Source: an uncultured Gemmatimonadales bacterium
Lineage (GTDB): Bacteria; Gemmatimonadota; Gemmatimonadetes; Gemmatimonadales; GWC2-71-9
Assembly (NCBI GenBank): GCA_963840165.1
Contig: CAWIXT010000006.1
Span: 410,002-474,001 of the forward strand
DNA: 64,000 bases
Direction of reading: 5' to 3'
The number at the start of each line of letters is the position of its first letter. The first letter of the stretch is position 1. Both the position numbers and the translations under genes were made by a program. Shown one piece after another: positions 40,821 through 49,503 of the stretch. Below the pieces are notes generated by a model, which worked only from the letters and a program-made list of their open reading frames with translations, was not told where the DNA came from and made no database searches.

Positions 40821-41465
40821 ATGTCCCCCCTCGAGACCCTCGGGTTCGCGCTCGGCACCTCGTTCGCTTCGGGGCTCAACGTCTACGCCACTGTGGCGGC
40901 CGCCGGCATCATGCAGCGGCTCGGCCTGGTTACCCTTCCGGAATCGCTCCAGGTCCTCACCCACCCGATCGTCCTCGGGCTGGCAATCACGCTCTTCGTC
41001 ATCGAGTTCATCGCCGACAAGATCCCCTACGTCGACAGCGCCTGGGACGCGGTCCACACCTTCATCCGTCCTCCCGCTGCTGCAGTTCTGTCGTATAGCG
41101 CCTTTGGGAATGTGTCGGAGGAATGGAAACTGGGCGCCGCGCTGCTGGCGGGAAGCGTGGCGCTCACGTCGCACGGCGCCAAGGCGAGCACCCGCGCGGC
41201 GGCCAACACCAGCCCGGAGCCGGTCAGCAACTGGGTGCTCAGTTTATTCGAGGATGGACTGGTAGTGTTTCTGGTGTGGATGGCGGCCGAGCACCCGTAC
41301 TGGACCGCCGGCATCGTCCTGGTTCTCGTGGTCCTGGCCGTGCTCTTGATCAGGAAGCTGTGGAGATTTACCCGGCAGGTGATCGACCGGCTGCGCCGCG
41401 GCAGGTTAACCGAGCCTGGCCCGAACCCGCCCGCCCACACCCACGCCGAGCCGCCGGGCGGCTGA
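40821..41465 (+). CDS. DUF4126 membrane protein
   Basis: ASGLNVYA, EFIADKIPYVDSAWD..HTFIRP, SPEPVSNW..S.FED. Confidence 0.88.
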   Translation: MSPLETLGFALGTSFASGLNVYATVAAAGIMQRLGLVTLPESLQVLTHPIVLGLAITLFVIEFIADKIPYVDSAWDAVHTFIRPPAAAVLSYSAFGNVSEEWKLGAALLAGSVALTSHGAKASTRAAANTSPEPVSNWVLSLFEDGLVVFLVWMAAEHPYWTAGIVLVLVVLAVLLIRKLWRFTRQVIDRLRRGRLTEPGPNPPAHTHAEPPGG

Positions 41466-42164
41466 CCCGTTGCGGACCGCGATCTCGATGGCTCCGCCGG
41501 AACCGATGTAGGCCAGCAGTCCTCCGGCGGTCACGTCGGCAAAGGTGCGGCGGAGGGGGCCAAGATCGAGGTCCTCCACCTCGAGCGTGGCGTAAACCGG
41601 CACCAGCTCCGTGGTCAGATTGGTAACCAGGCTGCCGAAGCGATCGATATACACCACTTCGCCTACCACCGTCTTTCCCTCATAATGCGGTTCGGTAAAT
41701 GCCAGCCGTTCCGGCATGCCGGCAAACGGCTCACCCAGGGTGTCAAGCGGTACGCCACGAGAGAGGGCAGCCGCGGCGGGGGCGAAGAGGTCGCGCCCGT
41801 GGAAGGTGGGCGACGCGTTCTCCGGGGTGGGCAGGGCCACCGCTTCGACCACGGTTCCGTGCAGTACTGGCGTAAACACACCATTGTCCGGCCCTACGAA
41901 CCAGTGGTTGCTGGTGGAGACGGCGAGTGCCGCCCGGCTGGTTCCGACACCGGGGTCCACCACCGCCAGGTGAACGGTGCCCGCGGGAAACCGGTGCCAG
42001 GTACGGCCCAGGACGTATGCCGCGGAGCGAACGTCGCCGGGTGTTATGCCGTGGGTGACATCCACCAGGGTGGCATCAGGTGCACGGCTCAGGAGCACCC
42101 CCTTCACTTCGGCCACATAGTGGTCGGCGCTTCCGAAGTCGGTGAGGAGGGTGATGATCGGCAT
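41406..42164 (-). CDS. DUF62 SAM hydroxide adenosyltransferase / chlorinase family
   Basis: ITLLTDFG, VVDPGVG, GPDNG, TFHGRDLFAP, IDRFG. Confidence 0.92.
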   Translation of the reverse strand: MPIITLLTDFGSADHYVAEVKGVLLSRAPDATLVDVTHGITPGDVRSAAYVLGRTWHRFPAGTVHLAVVDPGVGTSRAALAVSTSNHWFVGPDNGVFTPVLHGTVVEAVALPTPENASPTFHGRDLFAPAAAALSRGVPLDTLGEPFAGMPERLAFTEPHYEGKTVVGEVVYIDRFGSLVTNLTTELVPVYATLEVEDLDLGPLRRTFADVTAGGLLAYIGSGGAIEIAVRNGSAARRLGVGVGGRVRARLG

Positions 42165-42177
42165 GCGGGAAACGTAA

Positions 42178-42267
42178 GGTGGAGCGGCGGTAGGTGAAGC
42201 GGCGGTAGGTAGAGCGGCGGTAGGTGAAGCGGCGGTAGGTAGAGTCGTGGCCCTTCCGCCTAGCCGC
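42178..42267. repeat. 15-mer tandem repeat (GGTRRAGCGGCGGTA)x4.5 with weak inverted partner
   Basis: Units at 42178, 42193, 42208, 42223, partial 42238; CTTCCGCCTAGCCGC at 42253-42267. Confidence 0.9.
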
Positions 42268-43375
42268 GCAGAATCGGCAACGACGCACTACGCCCGGCCG
42301 TCTTCTGCTGCAGGCTCTCGGCGATGTCCCGCAGGCTTGTCGCCGCCGGGCTATCCGGCTGCGCGATCAGGATGGGTGCGCCGGCATCGGCGAGCGCGGC
42401 GAGCTGTGGCTGGAGTGGCACCGTGCCGAGCAGCGGTACGCCGATCTCATCAGCGAGGCGTTGCCCGCCACCGGTCGAGAAAAGATCGAAGCGGCGCCCG
42501 GTCTCGGGGTCGGTGAAGCCGCTCATGTTCTCCACCACGCCGAGGACCGGCACGCCGACCCGCTCGAACATCTTGGCTCCACGCAGCGCGTCGCCCACAG
42601 CCACCTCTTGGGGCGTCGTCACGATGACCGCGCCCGAGACGTGGGTGCCCTGTACCAGCGACAGCTGGGCGTCGCCGGTCCCGGGTGGCAGATCCACGAT
42701 GAAATAGTCGAGCTGGCCCCACTCCACGTCTCGGAGGAACTGGTTCATGATCTTCATGATGATCGGCCCCCGCCAGATTGCGGGGGCGTCCCGCTCGATC
42801 AGGAGTCCCAGCGACATCAGCTTGACCCCGTGGCCAACGAGCGGCTGGATCTTGCCGCCTATAACGGCGGGACGCTCGTTGACCCCGAACATCCGCGGAA
42901 TGTTGGGTCCGTACACGTCGGCGTCCATCACCCCGACCTGGAAGCCCGCCTGCACCAGGGCCACGGCCAGGTTCGCCGCGACAGTGGATTTCCCGACCCC
43001 ACCCTTGCCGGAGGAGATCGCCAGGATCTTCCCGAGGTTAGGCTGGTCTACCGGTTGAGGGGCTGGAGGGACCTGGGGGCCGGGCCCGGAATCCGGGGGC
43101 GGCCCGTGCGTCGCCTTGGCGGGGCCGGCCGGATTGGTGACGTTGATCTTGATATCGTCTCGACGGATCCCCTCCACCGCCGCCACCGCCGCGCGGGCCG
43201 ACCGCACCAGCGTAGCGGGATCCTCGGGAGCGAGCAGGAAGGTAAAGCTGACTTTGCCTTCCTCACTGACGCTCAGGTCCCGGATCATGCCGGCGGAAAG
43301 AAGGTCATTTTCCAGTCGGGGATTCTGGATGGCGGCCAGTGCGGCCGTCACGCGCGCCTCGAGCGATTCGGCCAA
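42260..43375 (-). CDS. mrp: Mrp/NBP35 (ApbC) Fe-S carrier ATPase
   Basis: SGKGGVGKST, DADVYGP, WRGP, DLPPGTGD, VENMS; start TTG 43375. Confidence 0.93.
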   Translation of the reverse strand: MAESLEARVTAALAAIQNPRLENDLLSAGMIRDLSVSEEGKVSFTFLLAPEDPATLVRSARAAVAAVEGIRRDDIKINVTNPAGPAKATHGPPPDSGPGPQVPPAPQPVDQPNLGKILAISSGKGGVGKSTVAANLAVALVQAGFQVGVMDADVYGPNIPRMFGVNERPAVIGGKIQPLVGHGVKLMSLGLLIERDAPAIWRGPIIMKIMNQFLRDVEWGQLDYFIVDLPPGTGDAQLSLVQGTHVSGAVIVTTPQEVAVGDALRGAKMFERVGVPVLGVVENMSGFTDPETGRRFDLFSTGGGQRLADEIGVPLLGTVPLQPQLAALADAGAPILIAQPDSPAATSLRDIAESLQQKTAGRSASLPILRG

Positions 43376-43377
43376 GG

Positions 43378-43608
43378 CTAGACCGCTTCCACGTGCTTCA
43401 CTTCGGGAACCATCTGGCGGAGCCGGGACTCGATTCCCTGCTTCAGGGTGATCGCAGAGGCCGCGCAGCCGTGACACGTCCCGCCCAGGCGCAGGAGGAG
43501 AGTTCCGTCCTGCGCGTCAAAATCCACGACCTCTACGTGCCCGCGGTGGGAGGCGATGTAGGGGCGCAGGGTGTCGAGGGTGCGTTCGATTCGATCGAAA
43601 ATGTCCAT
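43378..43608 (-). CDS. NifU/Nfu-domain protein
   Basis: LRPYIASHRG, GTCHGC, TLKQGIE. Confidence 0.9.
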   Translation of the reverse strand: MDIFDRIERTLDTLRPYIASHRGHVEVVDFDAQDGTLLLRLGGTCHGCAASAITLKQGIESRLRQMVPEVKHVEAV

Positions 43609-43619
43609 GGTGGGAATAT

Positions 43620-43742
43620 AGTCGCGCGTGACGAGCCACGAATTACGGAAACAGTGTAGTTCAGCGTGCGCCGGCGTTCCCGTCGGACTCCCCGCGGTCA
43701 GGCTGAAGTTCTTGCGCGCCTCGCGACTCGCGACTCGCGACT
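43620..43742. repeat. Inverted heptamer element (AGTCGCG-like x4 degenerate / CGCGACT x3-4)
   Basis: AGTCGCG CGTGACG AGCCACG AATTACG at 43620-43647; CGCGCCT then CGCGACT x3 at 43715-43742, inside the nrnA 3' end. Confidence 0.75.
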
Positions 43743-44755
43743 CCATTCGTCCCCAAATACTCCCGCGCCGCTTGCAGTACCACCCGCTGCACCTCCGCCA
43801 TCGACCCAACCAGACTCAGACCCGCTGCCTTGGTGTGTCCGCCTCCCCCGTAGGGCTTGGCGAACGCCGCCACGTCCACATTACCAACCGACCGCAGCGA
43901 CACCTTCACCCGCCCCTGGGAGATCTCCCGGAACAGCAGCGCCATGCGAACGCCCTCGATGGACCGGGGAAACTCCACCACCCCGTCGAGGTCGTCGGAG
44001 GACACCTTGAGCCGCTCGATAGCGCCCGGAGGGACCGTGACCCAGGCCAGGCCGTACTCCTGCTCCACCACCAGCGTCTGCAGCGCTTCGGCGAACAGCC
44101 GGGGGCGGCCCTCGGGTGCCTTGGCATACACCTCCAGATAGATCTCCTCGGCGTCCACCCCGGCCTCGAGCAGGTCGGCGGCCACGCGGAGCGTGCGGGG
44201 CCGGGTGTTGCTGAAGCGAAAGCCGCCGGTATCGGTGAGAAGGGCGACGTACAGCCCGCGGGCGGCCGCCTGGCTCATGGGCCACTCATTGGCCCGGGCC
44301 ACCTCGAAGACGAGCTCGCCGGTGGCCGCGGCGCCGGGATCGACGTAGCGGGGACCGGCCGGGAGCACGCCGGCGCTCACATGATGATCGATGCACGCGA
44401 CCGGCACGCCGGAATCCCGCACGGTCTCGATCAGCATACCGAGACGGTTGAGGTCCGAGATGTCGAGGACGATGATAAGGTCCGCCCGGCGCAGCTCCTT
44501 CACGGCTTCCGGGGAGCGGTCTACTCCGGGCAGGTCATCGAACAGGAAGCTGAACCGCGGGGGAGTGGGGCTTGGATTGGTGATGACGGCATCGATTCCC
44601 TGGGTGCGAAGCAGGTGCACCAGCCCTACCTCACTGCCCAGGCCATCGCCGTCCGGATTCACATGCGTCGTGATGCAGACCCGTTGCCCGGGCTTGAGTG
44701 CGGCGGCGAATTCCCGGGCCCGGGCAATCTGATCTGGTGACAGTGCGTACGGCAT
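43661..44755 (-). CDS. nrnA: DHH/DHHA1 oligoribonuclease / pAp phosphatase
   Basis: HVNPDGDGLGS, IDHH, TDTGGF, GGGHTKAAG. Confidence 0.93.
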   Translation of the reverse strand: MPYALSPDQIARAREFAAALKPGQRVCITTHVNPDGDGLGSEVGLVHLLRTQGIDAVITNPSPTPPRFSFLFDDLPGVDRSPEAVKELRRADLIIVLDISDLNRLGMLIETVRDSGVPVACIDHHVSAGVLPAGPRYVDPGAAATGELVFEVARANEWPMSQAAARGLYVALLTDTGGFRFSNTRPRTLRVAADLLEAGVDAEEIYLEVYAKAPEGRPRLFAEALQTLVVEQEYGLAWVTVPPGAIERLKVSSDDLDGVVEFPRSIEGVRMALLFREISQGRVKVSLRSVGNVDVAAFAKPYGGGGHTKAAGLSLVGSMAEVQRVVLQAAREYLGTNGVASRESRGAQELQPDRGESDGNAGAR

Positions 44756-44797
44756 TTCCGTATACTAACCGACTCCGCCCCCAGTCGTGAGAACCCC

Positions 44798-46243
44798 TTA
44801 TTCCGGTCCCGGCCGAGCCAGCTTGGAATGGCGCCGGCTGTAGAGGAAGTAGATGGCGAAGCCGATCAGGAGCCATGCCAGCAGGCGCAGCCAGGTCTGC
44901 GCGTCGAGATAGAACATCAGATATGCGGCGGAGAGCGCCCCGGCAGGGGCGACGAACCAGACCAGTGGCGTCTTGAAGGGCCGGTGCAGGTTAGGCTCGC
45001 GGATTCTCAGCACCAGCACCCCCAGGCACACGATCACGAACGCGAGCAGGGTACCGATGGACACGAGCTTGGCTGCGTCGCGCACCGGCAGAATCGCCGC
45101 GGGAATGGCGACCGCGATCCCGGTGACGATCGAGGTGATGTACGGCGTACGGAACCGCGGGTGGATCTTCTGCACGAACGGCGGCAGCAGGCCGTCCCGG
45201 GACATGCTGTAGAACACGCGCGACTGGCCCAGCAGCTGCACCAGGATCACCGACGTCAGGCCGGCTATCGCGCCCATCTTGATCAGGCTGGCGAATACCC
45301 CGAGACCGGCATGGTCGGCCACCTTGGCGATCGGGTCGGGGACATCCAGCTGAGTGTAGTGCAGCACACCCGTGGCGATAGCCGCCACGATAACATAGAG
45401 CACGGTGCAGATCGCCAGCGAGCCGAGGATGCCGATCGGCATGTCTCGCTGCGGGTTCTTGGCCTCCTGCGCCGCCGTGCTCACCGCATCGAAACCGATG
45501 TATGCAAAGAAGACGATCGCCGCGCCGGCCACGACGCCGCTGAAGCCGAAGTGCTCCCGGTCTCCCGTGTTGGCGGGGATGAATGGCTTCCAGTTGTCCG
45601 GGTCTACGTGCTGGGCGGCCAGCGCGATGAACAGGATCACCACGGCCAGCTTGATGACCACGATGACGTTGTTGACCGATGCCGATTCCTTGATGCCGAC
45701 GACCAGGAGCGTCGTCACGACGGCGATGATGAGAACGGCCGGGATGTTGAAGAGCGCAGTCACCGTGCTGCCGTCGGCCATGGTCACCACTGTGCCCCGA
45801 GCGGCCTGGAACTGGGCCGGCACATAGATACCGATGTCCTCGAGGAACGACACCACGTAGCCGGACCAGCCGATGGCGACCGTCGTGGCGCTGAGAGCGT
45901 ACTCGAGCACTAGATCCCACCCGATGATCCAGGCAATGAACTCGCCGAGCGTAGCATAGCTGTAGGTGTACGCGCTGCCGGCCATCGGCACCAGCGACGC
46001 GAACTCGCTGTAGCAGAGGGCGGCGAACACCGAGGCGACGCCGGCTAACACAAACGAGAGGATCACGGCGGGGCCCGCGTTCTGGGCGGCCACCGTACCG
46101 GTCAACACGAAGATGCCGGTGCCGATGATGGCGCCGATGCCGAGCGCCGTGAGGTTCCACGGTCCCAGAGCACGCTTCAGGCTGTTGTCGCCCAGAGCCT
46201 CGGCCTGGAGCGCGGTGACGCTTTTACGTCGGAACAGATCCAT
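44798..46243 (-). CDS. APC amino acid permease (CAT/YfnA-like), copy 2
   Basis: GIGAIIGTGIF, CYSEFAS, GSAY, FFAYIGFD, EAKNPQRD. Confidence 0.95.
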   Translation of the reverse strand: MDLFRRKSVTALQAEALGDNSLKRALGPWNLTALGIGAIIGTGIFVLTGTVAAQNAGPAVILSFVLAGVASVFAALCYSEFASLVPMAGSAYTYSYATLGEFIAWIIGWDLVLEYALSATTVAIGWSGYVVSFLEDIGIYVPAQFQAARGTVVTMADGSTVTALFNIPAVLIIAVVTTLLVVGIKESASVNNVIVVIKLAVVILFIALAAQHVDPDNWKPFIPANTGDREHFGFSGVVAGAAIVFFAYIGFDAVSTAAQEAKNPQRDMPIGILGSLAICTVLYVIVAAIATGVLHYTQLDVPDPIAKVADHAGLGVFASLIKMGAIAGLTSVILVQLLGQSRVFYSMSRDGLLPPFVQKIHPRFRTPYITSIVTGIAVAIPAAILPVRDAAKLVSIGTLLAFVIVCLGVLVLRIREPNLHRPFKTPLVWFVAPAGALSAAYLMFYLDAQTWLRLLAWLLIGFAIYFLYSRRHSKLARPGPE

Positions 46244-46290
46244 CTGCGGCCCTCACACGGTAGGGGTCAGAGGCGAACGTTTCCACACCA

Positions 46291-47808
46291 CTATTTCACG
46301 GGCCTCCCTCGGAAGGAGACCCCTTCGCGCTCCCGCTGGAGCCGGCTGTGGTGGCGTCCGTAGCCGAAGTAGATCGCGAAGCCGATGGCCAGCCAGATCA
46401 GGAGCCGAAGCCAGGTATCGCCCGGAAGCGTCGCCATCAGCCCCAGGCAGGCAAGGACGCCGAGTATCGGAACCAGCGGCACCAGCGGGGTCTTGAATGG
46501 CCGATCGAGGTCGGGACGCTTGCGCCGAAGCACCCAGACGCCGAGGCAGACCAGTACGAACGCCAGCAGCGTACCGATGTTGACCAGCTCGCCCAGAATC
46601 TGGATCGGAAAGGTCGCGGTAATGACCGCGACAACCACCCCCACCCAGATGGTCGAGAGATAGGGCGTGCGGTATCGGGGGTGAACCTTGCCGGCCCAGG
46701 GACCGATCAGGCCGTCACGCGACATGGCATAGAACACCCGGGACTGCCCCAGGAGCATCACCAGCACCACCGACCCCAGCCCCAGCACCGCGCCCAGCGT
46801 GATCAGCGGCCGGAGCCAGGAAAGCTGGCTGACACGCTCTACCGCATAGGCCACGGGATGAGCCACGTTCAGCTCGGAGTAGTGAACCAGGCCCGTTAGC
46901 GTAAGCGCCACCAGCACGTAGAGGATCGTGCATACGCCGAGCGATCCCAGGATGCCGATCGGCATGTCCCGCTGCGGATTCCTGGCCTCCTGCGCCGCGG
47001 TGCTCACCGCATCGAAGCCGATATAGGCGAAGAAGATCAGACCGGCGCCGCGAAACACACCGCTCCAGCCGAAGTCGCCGAAGGCGCCGGTGTTGGGCGG
47101 GATGAACGGCTTCCAGTTTTCCGGGGTGACGTACTGCAGGCCGAACAGGATGAACAGGAGGACCACCGCGATCTTCAGCACCACGATGAGATTGTTGACC
47201 TTGGCGGACTCTCTGATGCCGACCACCAGAATCCAGGTGGCCACCAGGACGATGAACGCGGCCGGCAGGTTGAAGAGCGAGCCGGTCCGGTTCCAGCCTT
47301 CCTGCACGCATGTCGCAACGGCGTTGGTAACATCGGCCCCGCTGCACCAACGGAGCGGCGCCGACGTGACCGCCGTGGGCAGGTGAACCCCGAAATAGTC
47401 GAGCAGGCTTACGAGGTAGCCGGACCAGCCCACCCCCACCGTGGCTGCTCCCATGGCGTATTCCAGAACCAGGTCCCACCCGATGATCCAGGCGATGAAC
47501 TCCCCCATGGTGGCGTAGGAGTAGGTGTAGGCGCTTCCCGCCACCGGCACCGTGCTGGCCATCTCGGCATAGCAGAGTCCGGCCAGGCCGCAGGCCACCG
47601 CGGCGACCACGAACGACAGCACCACCCCGGGACCTGCGTGCAACGCGGCGGCTATGCCGGTCAGCACGAAGATTCCCGCCCCGATGATGGCGCCGATGCC
47701 CAGCATGGTGAGGTTGAGCGCGCCGAGTGCGCGATGCAGCGAGCCCTCCCCGGTGGCTTCGGCTTCGGCACGGAGTTCAGCTATGGACTTGGTGGCCCAG
47801 AGGTTCAT
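46291..47808 (-). CDS. APC amino acid permease (CAT/YfnA-like), copy 1
   Basis: GIGAIIGAGIF, CYAEMAS, GSAY, FFAYIGFD, EARNPQRD. Confidence 0.95.
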   Translation of the reverse strand: MNLWATKSIAELRAEAEATGEGSLHRALGALNLTMLGIGAIIGAGIFVLTGIAAALHAGPGVVLSFVVAAVACGLAGLCYAEMASTVPVAGSAYTYSYATMGEFIAWIIGWDLVLEYAMGAATVGVGWSGYLVSLLDYFGVHLPTAVTSAPLRWCSGADVTNAVATCVQEGWNRTGSLFNLPAAFIVLVATWILVVGIRESAKVNNLIVVLKIAVVLLFILFGLQYVTPENWKPFIPPNTGAFGDFGWSGVFRGAGLIFFAYIGFDAVSTAAQEARNPQRDMPIGILGSLGVCTILYVLVALTLTGLVHYSELNVAHPVAYAVERVSQLSWLRPLITLGAVLGLGSVVLVMLLGQSRVFYAMSRDGLIGPWAGKVHPRYRTPYLSTIWVGVVVAVITATFPIQILGELVNIGTLLAFVLVCLGVWVLRRKRPDLDRPFKTPLVPLVPILGVLACLGLMATLPGDTWLRLLIWLAIGFAIYFGYGRHHSRLQREREGVSFRGRPVK

Positions 47809-47827
47809 CGGAGTCCTTCGTTGATTA

Positions 47828-47939
47828 CGTGAAGGGTGAACGGTGAACGGTGAACGGTGAAGTAGTGAACGGAGATTCGATGCTGAGCGGGACGGGCGCC
47901 CCGTTTACCGTTCACTGTTTACCGTTTACTGCATTCACG
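47828..47939. repeat. Inverted heptamer element (GGTGAAC-like x6 / GTTYACY x4-5)
   Basis: 47828-47870 and 47903-47939. Confidence 0.93.
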
Positions 47940-49392
47940 CGCTGTAGTTCGGAGCTTCTCGTGTGATCGTTACGTCGTGCGGGTGTGACTCCCGCAAACC
48001 AGCGGTGGTAATCTGAATCATCTCGACGTCGCACTGGAGTTGGGGTATAGTGGCCACTCCGCAGTAGCCCATGCCACTGCGCAGCCCGCCCACCATCTGA
48101 TAGAGCACATCGGTGACAGGGCCTCGGTATGGTACCCGCCCTTCTATCCCTTCGGGCACCATCTTGGACGCCGCCATCTCGCCTTCCTGGAAGTAGCGGT
48201 CGGCGGATCCGTCCTGCATGGCGGAGAGGCTTCCCATACCGCGGATCATCTTGAACCGGCGTCCTTCGGCCAGCACCGATTCGCCGGGGCTCTCTTCGGT
48301 CCCGGCCAGCATGGAGCCCATCATCACCGACGAGGCCCCCGCCGCCAGGGCTTTGACCACGTCGCCCGAGTACTTCACACCGCCGTCGGCGATGATGGGC
48401 ACATCGTCGGCGCCTCGCAGCGAGTCGAGAATTGCGGTGACCTGGGGGACCCCGACGCCGGTGACAACCCGGGTGGTGCATATGCTGCCGGGGCCGATCC
48501 CTACCTTGATCGCATCGGCCCCGCGGCGCACCAGTTCCCGGGCGCCGGCTTCGGTCGCGACGTTGCCCGCTACCAGCTGGACATCAGGGTATGCCTCGCG
48601 GAGCTGGTCCACCGTGGCCAGGACCCCTTCGCTGTGGCCATGGGCGGAGTCAACCACGATGACGTCCACTCCGGCGCCGACGAGCGAACGCGCCCGGGCG
48701 ACCGCATCGGCTCCGCCCCCCACCGCTGCCGCTACCCGCAGGCGGCCGTGTTGATCCTTGTTCGCCAGCGGGTGCTCGCGCCGCTTGAAGATGTCCTTCA
48801 CCGTGATCAGCCCCTTGAGCACCCCCTGGTTATCCACCACCGGCAGCTTCTCGATGCGATGCCGGGCCAGGATGCGCTCGGCTTCGTCCAGACCGGTACC
48901 CACCGGCGCCGTCACCAGCTTCTCCTTGGTCATGGCATCGCGAATCGGCTGGTCCAGATTGCGCTCGAACTGGAGATCGCGGTTGGTAATGATCCCCACC
49001 AGGCGGCCCTGCCCGTCGACGATCGGTACGCCGGAGATCTTGAAGCGCCGCATGAGGGCGTAGGCTTCGCGCAGCGGTCGGTCGGGACCCAGCGTGATCG
49101 GGTTGAGGATCATCCCGCTTTCGCTGCGCTTGACCCGATCCACCTCCGCTGCCTGGCGCTCTACGGTCATGTTCTTATGGAGCACCCCGATGCCACCGGC
49201 TCGCGCCATGGCGATCGCCATGTCGGCCTCGGTGACCGTGTCCATGGCGGCGGAGATCAATGGAATGTTGAGGGGTATCGTGCGGGTGAAGCGGGTGACG
49301 GTGGAGACCTCACGCGGATGGACGGCGGAGTGCCGGGGCACGAGAAGCACGTCGTCAAAGGTGAGGCCGAGCTTGGGACGGATCATGCTCAC
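47935..49392 (-). CDS. guaB: IMP dehydrogenase
   Basis: [21 protein letters not shown] pair, [27 protein letters not shown]. Confidence 0.98.
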   Translation of the reverse strand: MSMIRPKLGLTFDDVLLVPRHSAVHPREVSTVTRFTRTIPLNIPLISAAMDTVTEADMAIAMARAGGIGVLHKNMTVERQAAEVDRVKRSESGMILNPITLGPDRPLREAYALMRRFKISGVPIVDGQGRLVGIITNRDLQFERNLDQPIRDAMTKEKLVTAPVGTGLDEAERILARHRIEKLPVVDNQGVLKGLITVKDIFKRREHPLANKDQHGRLRVAAAVGGGADAVARARSLVGAGVDVIVVDSAHGHSEGVLATVDQLREAYPDVQLVAGNVATEAGARELVRRGADAIKVGIGPGSICTTRVVTGVGVPQVTAILDSLRGADDVPIIADGGVKYSGDVVKALAAGASSVMMGSMLAGTEESPGESVLAEGRRFKMIRGMGSLSAMQDGSADRYFQEGEMAASKMVPEGIEGRVPYRGPVTDVLYQMVGGLRSGMGYCGVATIPQLQCDVEMIQITTAGLRESHPHDVTITREAPNYSA

Positions 49393-49469
49393 GGGCTACT
49401 CTGCCTACACAAGAAGACCCACCGGCGTCCACGATGGACGGTCGGCGGGCCTGAGTTTGATCGGTCCAT
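49389..49469 (-). CDS. Candidate 26-aa leaderless leader peptide coupled to guaB
   Basis: [29 protein letters not shown] 5 nt below a -10 box; TGA overlaps guaB GTG (GTGA). Confidence 0.4.
   Translation of the reverse strand: MDRSNSGPPTVHRGRRWVFLCRQSSP
49407..49451 (-). terminator. Intrinsic terminator/attenuator hairpin in the guaB leader
   Basis: GGCCCGCCG-AC-CGTCCA-TCG-TGGACG-C-CGGTGGGTC followed by TTCTTGTGT. Confidence 0.7.
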
Positions 49470-49474
49470 CTCCA

Positions 49475-49503
49475 ACAGTAGTGGCCGCTTGCGGCGAAAT
49501 CAA
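49475..49503 (-). promoter_or_regulatory. Sigma70-type promoter for guaB, TTGATT-N17-TACTGT
   Basis: -35 at 49503-49498, -10 at 49480-49475, 17-nt spacer. Confidence 0.65.

Noticed and set aside
41406..42164. Fluorinase/chlorinase implying halometabolite biosynthesis
   Set aside because: Housekeeping context with no biosynthetic cluster; the widespread DUF62 hydrolase is the simpler call
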